From assembly GCA_965227295.1 (NCBI GenBank), contig OZ245742.1, positions 3,008,001 through 3,072,000 on the forward strand: 64,000 bases of DNA. The letters are read 5' to 3'. This document shows positions 30,742-38,910 of the stretch, piece by piece. Under the pieces are notes generated by a model. The model worked only from the letters and a program-made list of their open reading frames with translations. It ran no database searches and was not told the origin of the DNA. Each line of letters starts with the position of its first letter. Position 1 is the stretch's first letter. Made by a program: the position numbers and the translations under genes. The stretch is from Leptonemataceae bacterium (GTDB lineage: Bacteria; Spirochaetota; Leptospiria; Leptospirales; Leptonemataceae).

Positions 30742-32519
30742 CTCCGGTTCGCTTCGGCTCGGGCGTCGGCATCATCGTGTAACTTTGCATTCAGCAATCG
30801 TCGCAGACGCGCATCGTAGTCCGCGGAGTCACGCGCTGATTCGATGAACGCCTGCAACTGTTTCGCATCGCCGCCGTGCTGGATGTAATGCTGCGGCCAT
30901 TCGAGAGACAGGGTGGTACCTTTGGCGAGTAACAGGAGGCGGTCGTCATCCGGGCGTGCTTGCGTGCGCTGAATCTCCAGGTAGTACTGAAAGCGCAGGG
31001 TGTTGAAGAAGCGTACGTACTGGCGCGGGTTGGAGCGGAGCGCGTCACGGACGGTGCGAAAAACCGCGGCAATTTCCGGTGTGCGTTCGTCGTACTCTTC
31101 GGATAGTTTCTCCATGACGGCGGCTTCGCGCAGGGAGGTTGATGCGACCGTCGCTTCTTCCAGGGTCGGCGGAGATGATGCGGGTGCATCTTGCGAAGTG
31201 GTCGCCGCGGGTTGAGTGGCCGGCTCAGCTCTTTGTATGATCGACGGGCCTTCGGCACCGCTGAGGTGATCGATGTAGTCGTGCACGGCCTGAATATCGG
31301 CCTCGGGCAGATAGATGATGAACTGCACGATCTTTTCCAGAAAGCGCTGGCCGAACGGCAGCTCGTTTTCGGGCGCGCGGACGTAGCGTTCCAGATCGAA
31401 GTCGATCGGCCGGTTGCTGAATTCCAGGGCCGCACGAAAGTACCGGCGCACCGCGTTGCGGATGATGCGTTGGTCGTCTCGTTCGCCGCGAAGGCGTGCG
31501 CGCAGGTAGACGGAGATGCCGCGCAGACTCAGGTGCGGCGGGTGTCGTTTTTCTTTGCGGGGCGGCGGTTGTAGCTTGCGTTCGAGCATTTTCATGAAGC
31601 TCGATTTGCCACGACCCCAGGGGGCATCGACGGCGATGACGAGGGGTAACTGCGTTTCGCGGGACTTTAAGAATGTGTGCAGTGCGTTTACGATGGGCGC
31701 GAAACCGAGGCGGTCGACTTGCGTGGGGGCGTCGGAGAGGAGGTGGCGGTGGAGATGGGGGTTTTTGGGCGTTAATGCAGATACGAGAAGACTGGAAAGG
31801 ATTGGGGCGAGATAAGGATTGTTTTTGATTATCATTTTACGGAAACTGTGCCAATCCTTGCTTGCAGATATCAGGTACATTTCGTACCGTAAGATATGGA
31901 CAATCCCATGCTCTTCCAATTGGGCGAGTTGCACCTGCGTACCAAGCAGGTCGAACACAACGAGATGTCCCATCGGGGGGCCTTTGGCAGACACGGAGGT
32001 CCTTTCGACCGAAAGTAAATGCGTAAAGCCGACCCCGGTAATCCACAGGAAGATAAGGTCATTTCCCCGGACTTCGCCAGGAACTGGCAAGTTTATGGAA
32101 TCGTCCATATACAATTTAGAAAGCCGATGGATGTCGCTTTCGGTGGCCTTCAGGGTCCATAGTTGACGAGTTGCCCGGTGAAGAAAAATTTTGTTCTGTT
32201 CAAACCATTTTAGTATTCCCGGATGACGTTTGGAGACTCTCGATATTATTTCGAGTAGCTCATGGCGATCGATTGGTCCAGACTGAAACTGATTCTTGAG
32301 CTCCTGCCAGATACCTGTGATGTTGACAGGCTTACTCAGCCGATACTCCGTGGCTGATTCAGATATTGGAAAGATTGCAACCCCTGTAATCCCTTGAGTC
32401 CGCCGATAGAAGAAAACAACGTCCCCGTCCTCGATTCCCTCCGGATAAATCCATTCGGGCCCGCCGTCGAAACGTTTCGCGCCGCCCGACACGGCCATCC
32501 AGAACTTCGGCTCACGCAT
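30738..32519 (-). CDS. KAP-family P-loop NTPase with N-terminal tandem EVE/PUA-like domains; apparently internally deleted
   Basis: DRLGF, IAVDAPWGRGKSS, FLEKIVQ, NPRQYVRFFN; no FNAW or DDLDRC segment. Confidence 0.7.
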   Translation of the reverse strand: MREPKFWMAVSGGAKRFDGGPEWIYPEGIEDGDVVFFYRRTQGITGVAIFPISESATEYRLSKPVNITGIWQELKNQFQSGPIDRHELLEIISRVSKRHPGILKWFEQNKIFLHRATRQLWTLKATESDIHRLSKLYMDDSINLPVPGEVRGNDLIFLWITGVGFTHLLSVERTSVSAKGPPMGHLVVFDLLGTQVQLAQLEEHGIVHILRYEMYLISASKDWHSFRKMIIKNNPYLAPILSSLLVSALTPKNPHLHRHLLSDAPTQVDRLGFAPIVNALHTFLKSRETQLPLVIAVDAPWGRGKSSFMKMLERKLQPPPRKEKRHPPHLSLRGISVYLRARLRGERDDQRIIRNAVRRYFRAALEFSNRPIDFDLERYVRAPENELPFGQRFLEKIVQFIIYLPEADIQAVHDYIDHLSGAEGPSIIQRAEPATQPAATTSQDAPASSPPTLEEATVASTSLREAAVMEKLSEEYDERTPEIAAVFRTVRDALRSNPRQYVRFFNTLRFQYYLEIQRTQARPDDDRLLLLAKGTTLSLEWPQHYIQHGGDAKQLQAFIESARDSADYDARLRRLLNAKLHDDADARAEANRS

Positions 32520-32589
32520 AACTGCACATGATTCACAGTTACGCCGTGAGGACGCCACTGATTTTCAAACGAACGCCGAGGGGGTGACG

Positions 32590-32710
32590 GAGGACCGAAA
32601 GCGGCCGGGCAGGGCTGGCCGGAGGCTGGCCCGGTCGCGCGGAGCGCGAGCCCGGACGTGGTCGCGAAGCGATTCGGGCCGGAGTCAGGGGGAGCAAAGC
32701 TCCCCCTCCC
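32590..32710. repeat. Multi-hairpin REP/MITE-like intergenic element
   Basis: Stems GCCGGGC..GCCCGGT, GCCCGGA..TTCGGGC, AGGGGGAGC-AAA-GCTCCCCCT. Confidence 0.5.
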
Positions 32711-32864
32711 ATCACCGGAAGGTTTCCAGAAAACACCGGCGAATCCAATGAGACAAAACCGTTCGAGGCGGATATCATCGCAGTAGACGCGCCGTGGCGC
32801 CCAGGATCATGATGGACAAAACCATCGATGTTCTGTAGTCTCTCAGCAGGAGGACTTTGTATCC

Positions 32865-33104
32865 ATGAAATCCACCACGACAAACATCTTACGAAAACTC
32901 AGCATAACATTCATCGCCGGAGCGTTTCTGTTCAGCTCCGTAACGGCCTGTAGCTATTTCCAGGACGACAGCGACGACGACAACTCCGGCCTCTTACTTC
33001 TGGGCGGTGCCGCCGCCCTTCTGGGCGTACTGTCGAATACTACGGCGACGGCCAATCAATCCGGCATGGTCATCGACGTACCGAAAGGCGTGGCGGCCGA
33101 CTGA
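32865..33104 (+). CDS. Small lipoprotein
   Basis: AGGAGG RBS; lipobox VTAC; DDSDDDN plus hydrophobic segment. Confidence 0.7.
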   Translation: MKSTTTNILRKLSITFIAGAFLFSSVTACSYFQDDSDDDNSGLLLLGGAAALLGVLSNTTATANQSGMVIDVPKGVAAD

Positions 33105-33128
33105 GTCGCGGAAACAGGAGATCCACTT

Positions 33129-34196
33129 ATGAAACGATTCCAAACAAATCGCGGCCGCATGCTCGCCGCTTTTGTCATGGCCGTCGCGTTCTTCGGCGTA
33201 AGCCTGAGCACCGGTACGAAGCGTGTGGCGACTCATCAGGGCCCCATCGAAACACTGCACGTGGACTTCGGCTTCAACGAATCCCTGCACGCCGCCGAGA
33301 ATGCCTGGGGTTTCGTGCGTCAGTCGGCCACCTGGGCGCGGAGCAACTCGTTGTTCATTGACGGCATTCTGGCCGGCCTCATTCGTTCCGGCCTGCTCAG
33401 TTCCAGCGGCACGTCCACGTTTGCGGGGCAGACCCTGTCCGGTCTGTCCGGAACCTGGACCCTGCGATTGACCGTGGGCGCGAACGAATCCGTCACCTCG
33501 TCGGCATATACCGGCTCGAAAACCTTCGCGAACAAGTTCGAGATCTGGCGCGACAGCGATAACGCCAAGGCCGTAGAGTTGTTCTTCAACGCCGCCGGCG
33601 ACGTCTCCGGCGACGGCGCGCTCATCTTCTATCAACTGAACGTACTGCAACCCGGCACCTGGACCGGCGATAACGTCATCGTCGAGTCGTACGTCTTCGG
33701 TAACACGTCCGAACGCAAACAGACGTACTCCTGGTCCGGCGGCAAGTTCACCAGCGACGGCATCACCACGCGCGGTCGCGTGATTCTGGAAGAGATGGAC
33801 GGCGGCACGCTCCTCTGTTTCAAGAGTGTCGTCGCGTTGAACACGAATATCTGCACCGGGGCGAGCGGCACGGAGTACTACTCCCTGGCGTATCCGGTGA
33901 ACGTCGCAGCGCCCAACGAAACCACGGCGAAGTTCGGCCTGGCCGACGGCTCCGTCGATAACAGCGGCACCATCTGCGGTGCGAACAACTCACTGAACTA
34001 CGGCCTCTTTCTGAACGGCGGATTCGTTTCCGACGGTACGGCTTCGTCCGCGGTACCTTCGAACTATCCGCCCAGCAGCCGCACCGACACGCTCTTTGCC
34101 GAGATCAACACGTCCGGCCAGGATGCCTGGGACGATACAACCCAGGCGACCATCGACGGCCTGAACATTCAATTTAAGTCGACGGCGGCGCCGTAA
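33129..34196 (+). CDS. Exported Ser/Thr/Gly-rich hypothetical protein
   Basis: RBS CAGGAG, signal-like N-terminus, strong codon bias. Confidence 0.75.
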   Translation: MKRFQTNRGRMLAAFVMAVAFFGVSLSTGTKRVATHQGPIETLHVDFGFNESLHAAENAWGFVRQSATWARSNSLFIDGILAGLIRSGLLSSSGTSTFAGQTLSGLSGTWTLRLTVGANESVTSSAYTGSKTFANKFEIWRDSDNAKAVELFFNAAGDVSGDGALIFYQLNVLQPGTWTGDNVIVESYVFGNTSERKQTYSWSGGKFTSDGITTRGRVILEEMDGGTLLCFKSVVALNTNICTGASGTEYYSLAYPVNVAAPNETTAKFGLADGSVDNSGTICGANNSLNYGLFLNGGFVSDGTASSAVPSNYPPSSRTDTLFAEINTSGQDAWDDTTQATIDGLNIQFKSTAAP

Positions 34197-34217
34197 GTTT
34201 CTGTACGCGTATGTTAA

Positions 34218-34254
34218 ACAAAGCCGCGGCCGCTTAAGCCGGTCGCGGCTTTGT
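34218..34254. terminator. Hairpin terminator
   Basis: ACAAAGCCGCGGCC...GGTCGCGGCTTTGT. Confidence 0.65.
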
Positions 34255-34433
34255 CGTGAATATTCGGCCGGCCCCACTCGACTTCGGCTGATGCCCCCGT
34301 CTTTCAGCCGGAGCGGGCGACTGCTCCTCCGGGAGAGCTTCCCGTCGTCTTGCATCGGCCCATCATTTCCCCATTGACCACCATCGCCCTCGCGGAGAGC
34401 GTATCCCTTACGCGCCCCGCGCGTCGCAACAGA

Positions 34434-35180
34434 GTGACCGCCACATCCGCCACATCCAGCACAGCCGCCGCGCAGACCCCCGCCATCGATGTCCGCAACC
34501 TCGTCGTCGCCTATCGCGGCGGCCGGGAAGTACTGCGCGGCGTCCATCTTACGGTGACTCCGGGAGAATGTTGCGTCGTCGTCGGCCCGAACGGTGGCGG
34601 GAAAACCACGCTCTTTCGCGCGATCCTCGGGCTCCTGGAAATACGTTCGGGCAGTCTGCACATCTTCGGCCGATCGCCGCGCGAAGGCCGGCGCCTCGTC
34701 GGTTATCTGCCGCAGCACAATCGTGTGGACCCGGACTTTCCGTTGCATGTCCGCGACGTGGTGGCCATGGGTTTGCTCGGTCCGGCGACGCTGATGGAGC
34801 GACTGCGCCGCGTATTGCGCGGGCAAAATCTCTCCGCCGCCGAAGAGCAGGTCGTCACGGAGGTCCTCGCGTCGGTAAACCTGGCCGGGTTTGAAGATCG
34901 GCGTCTCGGTGAACTTTCCGGCGGGCAAATGCAACGTGTCTTTCTCGCGCGGGCCCTGGCGTGCCGGCCGCGCATCCTGTTGCTCGACGAACCCGCGGCG
35001 CACCTCGATCCGCGCACCAGCGATTCGCTCTACGAGCTTTTGCGCGACCTCCGGCGCAACGATACCACCATCGTACTCAGCAGCCACGACCCCGGGGACT
35101 TCGCCGGGGACGACGTCACGGTGGTGCACGTGGACGGCGTATTGAGCGCGTACGATGCGACGACGGCGCATCGTCACTGA
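34434..35180 (+). CDS. Metal (Zn/Mn) ABC transporter ATP-binding protein (ZnuC-like)
   Basis: GPNGGGKTT, GYLPQ, LSGGQMQRV, LLLDEP, SSHD; start uncertain. Confidence 0.9.
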   Translation: MTATSATSSTAAAQTPAIDVRNLVVAYRGGREVLRGVHLTVTPGECCVVVGPNGGGKTTLFRAILGLLEIRSGSLHIFGRSPREGRRLVGYLPQHNRVDPDFPLHVRDVVAMGLLGPATLMERLRRVLRGQNLSAAEEQVVTEVLASVNLAGFEDRRLGELSGGQMQRVFLARALACRPRILLLDEPAAHLDPRTSDSLYELLRDLRRNDTTIVLSSHDPGDFAGDDVTVVHVDGVLSAYDATTAHRH

Positions 35181-35202
35181 GTAAGTTTTACAAAAAGTTA
35201 GT

Positions 35203-36012
35203 ATGATGGAACTATTCGAATACGGCTTTATGCAGCAGGCCCTCGTCGCCGCGCTGCTCGTGAGTATCGCCACCGGGGTGATCGGCGTTTTCGTCGTGGT
35301 CAACCGCATGGTCTTCGTGAGCGGCGGCGTCGCCCACGCGGCGTACGGCGGCGTGGGTCTCGCCACGTTCCTGGGTTTTTCCCCGGTGCTGGGGGCCTTC
35401 GCCTTCACGGGCGCGGCGGCGATATTGATGGGCCTGGTCCAGCGCCGCGCCGGTGAACGCTCCGACACGATCATCGGCGTGCTCTGGGCCCTGGGCATGG
35501 CCGTGGGTGTCATCTTCACGGAACTCACGCCGGGTTACCGGGGCGACCTCATGAGTTATCTGTTCGGCAGCATCCTCATGGTCAGCGTACAGGATCTCTG
35601 GTTGATGCTTCTGTTCGATGCGGTGATCATCGTCACCGCGACGTTGTTTTATCGTGAATTCGTGGCCATCTCCTTCGACGAGACCTTCGCCGCGACACGC
35701 AACGTTCCGGTAACCGCGTTCTACCTGTTGTTATTGCTGCTCATCGCCTGCGCCGTCGTTCTGCTCATGCGCGCGACCGGCCTCATCCTGGTGATCGCGC
35801 TGCTTACGATTCCCGTCTCCATCGCCTCCTGGCTGACGCGCGACCTCGGTCGCCTCATCGTCTACTCGACTTTGTTCAGCGCGCTCTTCTGTTACGCCGG
35901 TCTCGGGCTTTCTATGTTGTGGAACTTTAGCTCGGGCGCGACGATCATACTAACCGCCGGTGTAGTGTACTTAGTCGGCCAGGGTGTTAGACTGGTAAAG
36001 GGGCGGGATTGA
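35203..36012 (+). CDS. Metal ABC transporter permease (ZnuB-like)
   Basis: GVAHAAYGG, LMSYLFGSIL, ISFDETFA. Confidence 0.9.
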   Translation: MMELFEYGFMQQALVAALLVSIATGVIGVFVVVNRMVFVSGGVAHAAYGGVGLATFLGFSPVLGAFAFTGAAAILMGLVQRRAGERSDTIIGVLWALGMAVGVIFTELTPGYRGDLMSYLFGSILMVSVQDLWLMLLFDAVIIVTATLFYREFVAISFDETFAATRNVPVTAFYLLLLLLIACAVVLLMRATGLILVIALLTIPVSIASWLTRDLGRLIVYSTLFSALFCYAGLGLSMLWNFSSGATIILTAGVVYLVGQGVRLVKGRD

Positions 36013-36035
36013 AAGGGAAGGGGAAGTAAAACTCT

Positions 36036-36156
36036 TTTGGGCGCCTCGCCGCTGCGCGGCGACCGGGCTTTCCAGGGCTCCGCCTTTCGGCTTCGGTCCT
36101 GCGCGCTTCGCGCTCCGGACGCGCGCTGGCGCGCGCCCCTTCCAATCCCTGGCGCG
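36036..36156 (+). repeat. Structured intergenic repeat, copy B
   Basis: Conserved blocks identical to 12856-13001 with different hairpin inserts. Confidence 0.85.
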
Positions 36157-36169
36157 GAAGAATGGAGCC

Positions 36170-36946
36170 TTACAGCCGTCGATATTCCGCCGGGTCGGCT
36201 TTGAGGATGTACCAGCCGTCGCTGTACTCCACTTCGCCGGTGATCTCCACCGGCAGCGCCACGAGTCGTAACACACGATCATTGACGGTTTGCCCGGCCT
36301 CGTCCGTTAACAGAAAGTGCCGCGCCGTTTCGCCGTCCCGCACCACGAAGACCGGCGGAATGCCGCCGCTGATGCAGCGAATCGCGCAGCCGCGGTGACT
36401 CTTCCACTCGCCCGGATTCATGGCGCCCAGGTAACACTTGCTGTCCACGATCTCGCCCTGCAGCGTATACGTACCCAGGCTGCGCCGCGCAACGCCCGTA
36501 AGATTCGCGGCGGGCAGCGCGGCGTTCTCGCCTTCCGCGAGTTGCACGGTGCCCGGACGAACGGCGATCATCGTGCGGTTCTCGCGATACAACAACGCCC
36601 CTTCCAGGCTGACGCGGCGCCCGGCGAAATCCTGGACGTAGTCCGCGCCGCCGAACTTGAACGGGTCTACCAGTAAGTACGAAGAAACATAACTTAAGCC
36701 GGCACTCTTCCCGGGGCGACGCACCCGCAAATGCGGGTACGGCTCCATGCCGACGATGCCCTCGAAGCGGCGCCAGTTTTCAAACTCGTAGACCGAGGGG
36801 CCGTAGGCGTTCTGGGTGAAAGCGAGCAGGCCGCCCGTGATCAAGAGCAGCACTGCGGCGGCGGCCACCGTACGTTTCGTAAAAAGCGCGATGCCGGCGG
36901 GGGCCCGGTCTTCGAAGCCCACGTAAAATTCATCCTGTGCGTTCAT
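36170..36946 (-). CDS. Conserved membrane-anchored Cys-motif protein
   Basis: GEIVDSKCYLGAMNPG...HRGCAIRCISGGIPP; ATGA overlap with upstream gene. Confidence 0.75.
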   Translation of the reverse strand: MNAQDEFYVGFEDRAPAGIALFTKRTVAAAAVLLLITGGLLAFTQNAYGPSVYEFENWRRFEGIVGMEPYPHLRVRRPGKSAGLSYVSSYLLVDPFKFGGADYVQDFAGRRVSLEGALLYRENRTMIAVRPGTVQLAEGENAALPAANLTGVARRSLGTYTLQGEIVDSKCYLGAMNPGEWKSHRGCAIRCISGGIPPVFVVRDGETARHFLLTDEAGQTVNDRVLRLVALPVEITGEVEYSDGWYILKADPAEYRRL

Positions 36947-38031
36947 GCCTGGTGCTCCGACTGTGTGACTTCCAGCCGCGCCGGTTCCACGAAGCTGCCC
37001 GGCGGTCGGGGCTGCGGATCCACGTAGACGCGCTGATCGTCGTCGACGTAAACCGGGAACGTCGGCACCTTCTCGGTGTACGGCGGCGGGGAGGACCCGG
37101 TGGCCGGATCGTACTGAAAGCCGTGCCAGGGGCAAACCACGCAGCCGTCCACGATGCGCCCTTCACCCAGGGGGCCGTTCTGATGCCGGCATACGTTCGA
37201 AATCGCCGAGAGCAACGACACATCATCCTCGCCGGCGTAGCGAAACACGGCGATGCGTTCACCGGCCACCGTCACGATCTTCGCGCGATCCGGGGCGATG
37301 TCGCCGGTCTGGCAGACGTAGACGTAACCGTCCTCGATGTAATTGTTCGTCGGTGCATGTTTGGGCGGGAGCGGCTCGTCGCTCCGGAAGGCCGCGACCA
37401 GGTGTAGTCCCAGGACCCAGACCAGTCCCGCGCCGGTAACGACGGCGAAGGCGGGATTGCGAGTTTCCTGGAGAATGCCCAGGCCGACGTGCATCACGAT
37501 CAAAGCGTAGGCAACGTAGACGAGCATGTGCAGCGTCTTCCACACCGGCGGCGTAAGATTCTTGAGCCAGAAGTCATGGGACGTCGCCGCCATAAGAAAA
37601 AGGATGATCAGCGCGAAAAAGCCGAGCGGCTGAAACGGAAAGTTCGTGAGGCTCGTGTACTCCGTTTCCGAGACGAAGAGCGACAAGAGCGGATTCAAAT
37701 CGCCGAAGCCGTGAAAGTGCAGAATCGACAACACGCCGTGAGTCAGGGCGAGCACGAACATCATCACGCCCAGGTGGCGCCGGTTGTAGAGCCAGGGCAG
37801 GAAGCGCCGGTCCAATCGGCACAGCGGTCCGATGCTCAGGATGACGTGCAGGAGCAGAAAAGCCGCCGTTCCCGTGGAACGAATGATCAGTGTTTCGGCG
37901 ACGGCGGTGGGATGCAACACCGCGCTCACGCCGACGTACACGGAGATGTAAGCCAGCACGCCTGCGAACGCGCTCAGGTCGTAGATGCGCTTCTGCCGGT
38001 TCCAGCCGACGGCGATGTACTTCGCGCTCAT
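36943..38031 (-). CDS. Ferric reductase-like transmembrane domain fused to Rieske 2Fe-2S
   Basis: NRRHLG, AATSHD, WKTLHMLVY; CRHQNGPLGEG...CPWHG. Confidence 0.9.
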   Translation of the reverse strand: MSAKYIAVGWNRQKRIYDLSAFAGVLAYISVYVGVSAVLHPTAVAETLIIRSTGTAAFLLLHVILSIGPLCRLDRRFLPWLYNRRHLGVMMFVLALTHGVLSILHFHGFGDLNPLLSLFVSETEYTSLTNFPFQPLGFFALIILFLMAATSHDFWLKNLTPPVWKTLHMLVYVAYALIVMHVGLGILQETRNPAFAVVTGAGLVWVLGLHLVAAFRSDEPLPPKHAPTNNYIEDGYVYVCQTGDIAPDRAKIVTVAGERIAVFRYAGEDDVSLLSAISNVCRHQNGPLGEGRIVDGCVVCPWHGFQYDPATGSSPPPYTEKVPTFPVYVDDDQRVYVDPQPRPPGSFVEPARLEVTQSEHQA

Positions 38032-38573
38032 AGTTCCTCCGGCTTCGGCGTCGGTGCATCGTCACGCACTTCCATGGTTAACTTTGACAGATCGTAACTT
38101 ACGATGATCCGGCGATGGGCCAGGCTGTAAAAGTACAGGCCGCCGCGGCTTGCGGACGGCAGGTCGAAGCTGTGCTCCCGGAGTGGCAGCGGGCCGAGGA
38201 GCAGGGCGCGATCGGGGATGCCCGCGCTACTGACTTCGCCGCCGGCATAGTAGACCAGGACATCGGGCAGCATCAGATCATGCTGCGGTTGCAGGGTGAG
38301 TCCGAATCCATCCGCGCTGCGATAGAGACGCGCTTCATAGTAGAATTTGCCGGCTGCCGGTCCGGTGGCGAGAAACCCGGCCGCGGGGCGCACGGCGAAG
38401 GCGATGAGCGGTCCGGGCGTATCGTCCACGGGCCCGGTACCCGGCAGCCGTTCGGCCCGCGCCGCTTCCGGCGCTTCGAGTTTCGCCGACATGGCGGCCG
38501 CAAACAGCGGGACCAGCACGAGCGTGAGAACGATCCACATCCAGCGGTGGCGGCGACGGAGCGGGGCGATCAT
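38028..38573 (-). CDS. Hypothetical membrane-anchored protein
   Basis: LRRRHRWMW + TM; PDVLVY; YSLAH; 4-nt overlaps on both sides. Confidence 0.7.
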   Translation of the reverse strand: MIAPLRRRHRWMWIVLTLVLVPLFAAAMSAKLEAPEAARAERLPGTGPVDDTPGPLIAFAVRPAAGFLATGPAAGKFYYEARLYRSADGFGLTLQPQHDLMLPDVLVYYAGGEVSSAGIPDRALLLGPLPLREHSFDLPSASRGGLYFYSLAHRRIIVSYDLSKLTMEVRDDAPTPKPEEL

Positions 38574-38854
38574 TGCGCACCTCGCTCCCCGGATGTCGCG
38601 CGACAACGTTGCAGGTGCGCACTCCGTTCTTCCGGCGGTTCATCGCGGCCGACGATCCAGCGATACGCGAACAGCGGCCAGAACACCAGCAGGCCAGGCA
38701 GAATCAAAATGCGAAAGCCGATGGATGCGCCGCGGGCGTTCGGATCCAGGCGACCGGCACCGACGATCACGAACAGCAGGCCGAAGAGCAAACCGGCCGC
38801 AGCATAACCGGCAATGATCAGCATTACTATGGAAAAAATCGATTCAGCATTCAC
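38570..38854 (-). CDS. Small two-TM hypothetical protein
   Basis: LDPNARGASIGFRILILPG..FWP; first gene of 4-gene operon. Confidence 0.7.
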   Translation of the reverse strand: MNAESIFSIVMLIIAGYAAAGLLFGLLFVIVGAGRLDPNARGASIGFRILILPGLLVFWPLFAYRWIVGRDEPPEERSAHLQRCRATSGERGAQ

Positions 38855-38910
38855 GCGAGAAGCACTCCGGTTCGATGCGGTCTCCTTCGGTCGTCGCTCG
38901 CGTGAAATTC

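Noticed and set aside
33990..35528. 512-aa minus-strand ORF (and similar long antisense ORFs, e.g. 9243-10532, 28996-30279, 7533-8747)
   Set aside because: Antisense to well-supported genes; expected in GC-rich DNA with strong codon bias.
34434..36012. Metal ABC transporter lacking a binding-protein gene; likewise TAXI protein at 6153-7064 lacking a permease
   Set aside because: Split transporter loci are common; partners may be elsewhere in the genome.
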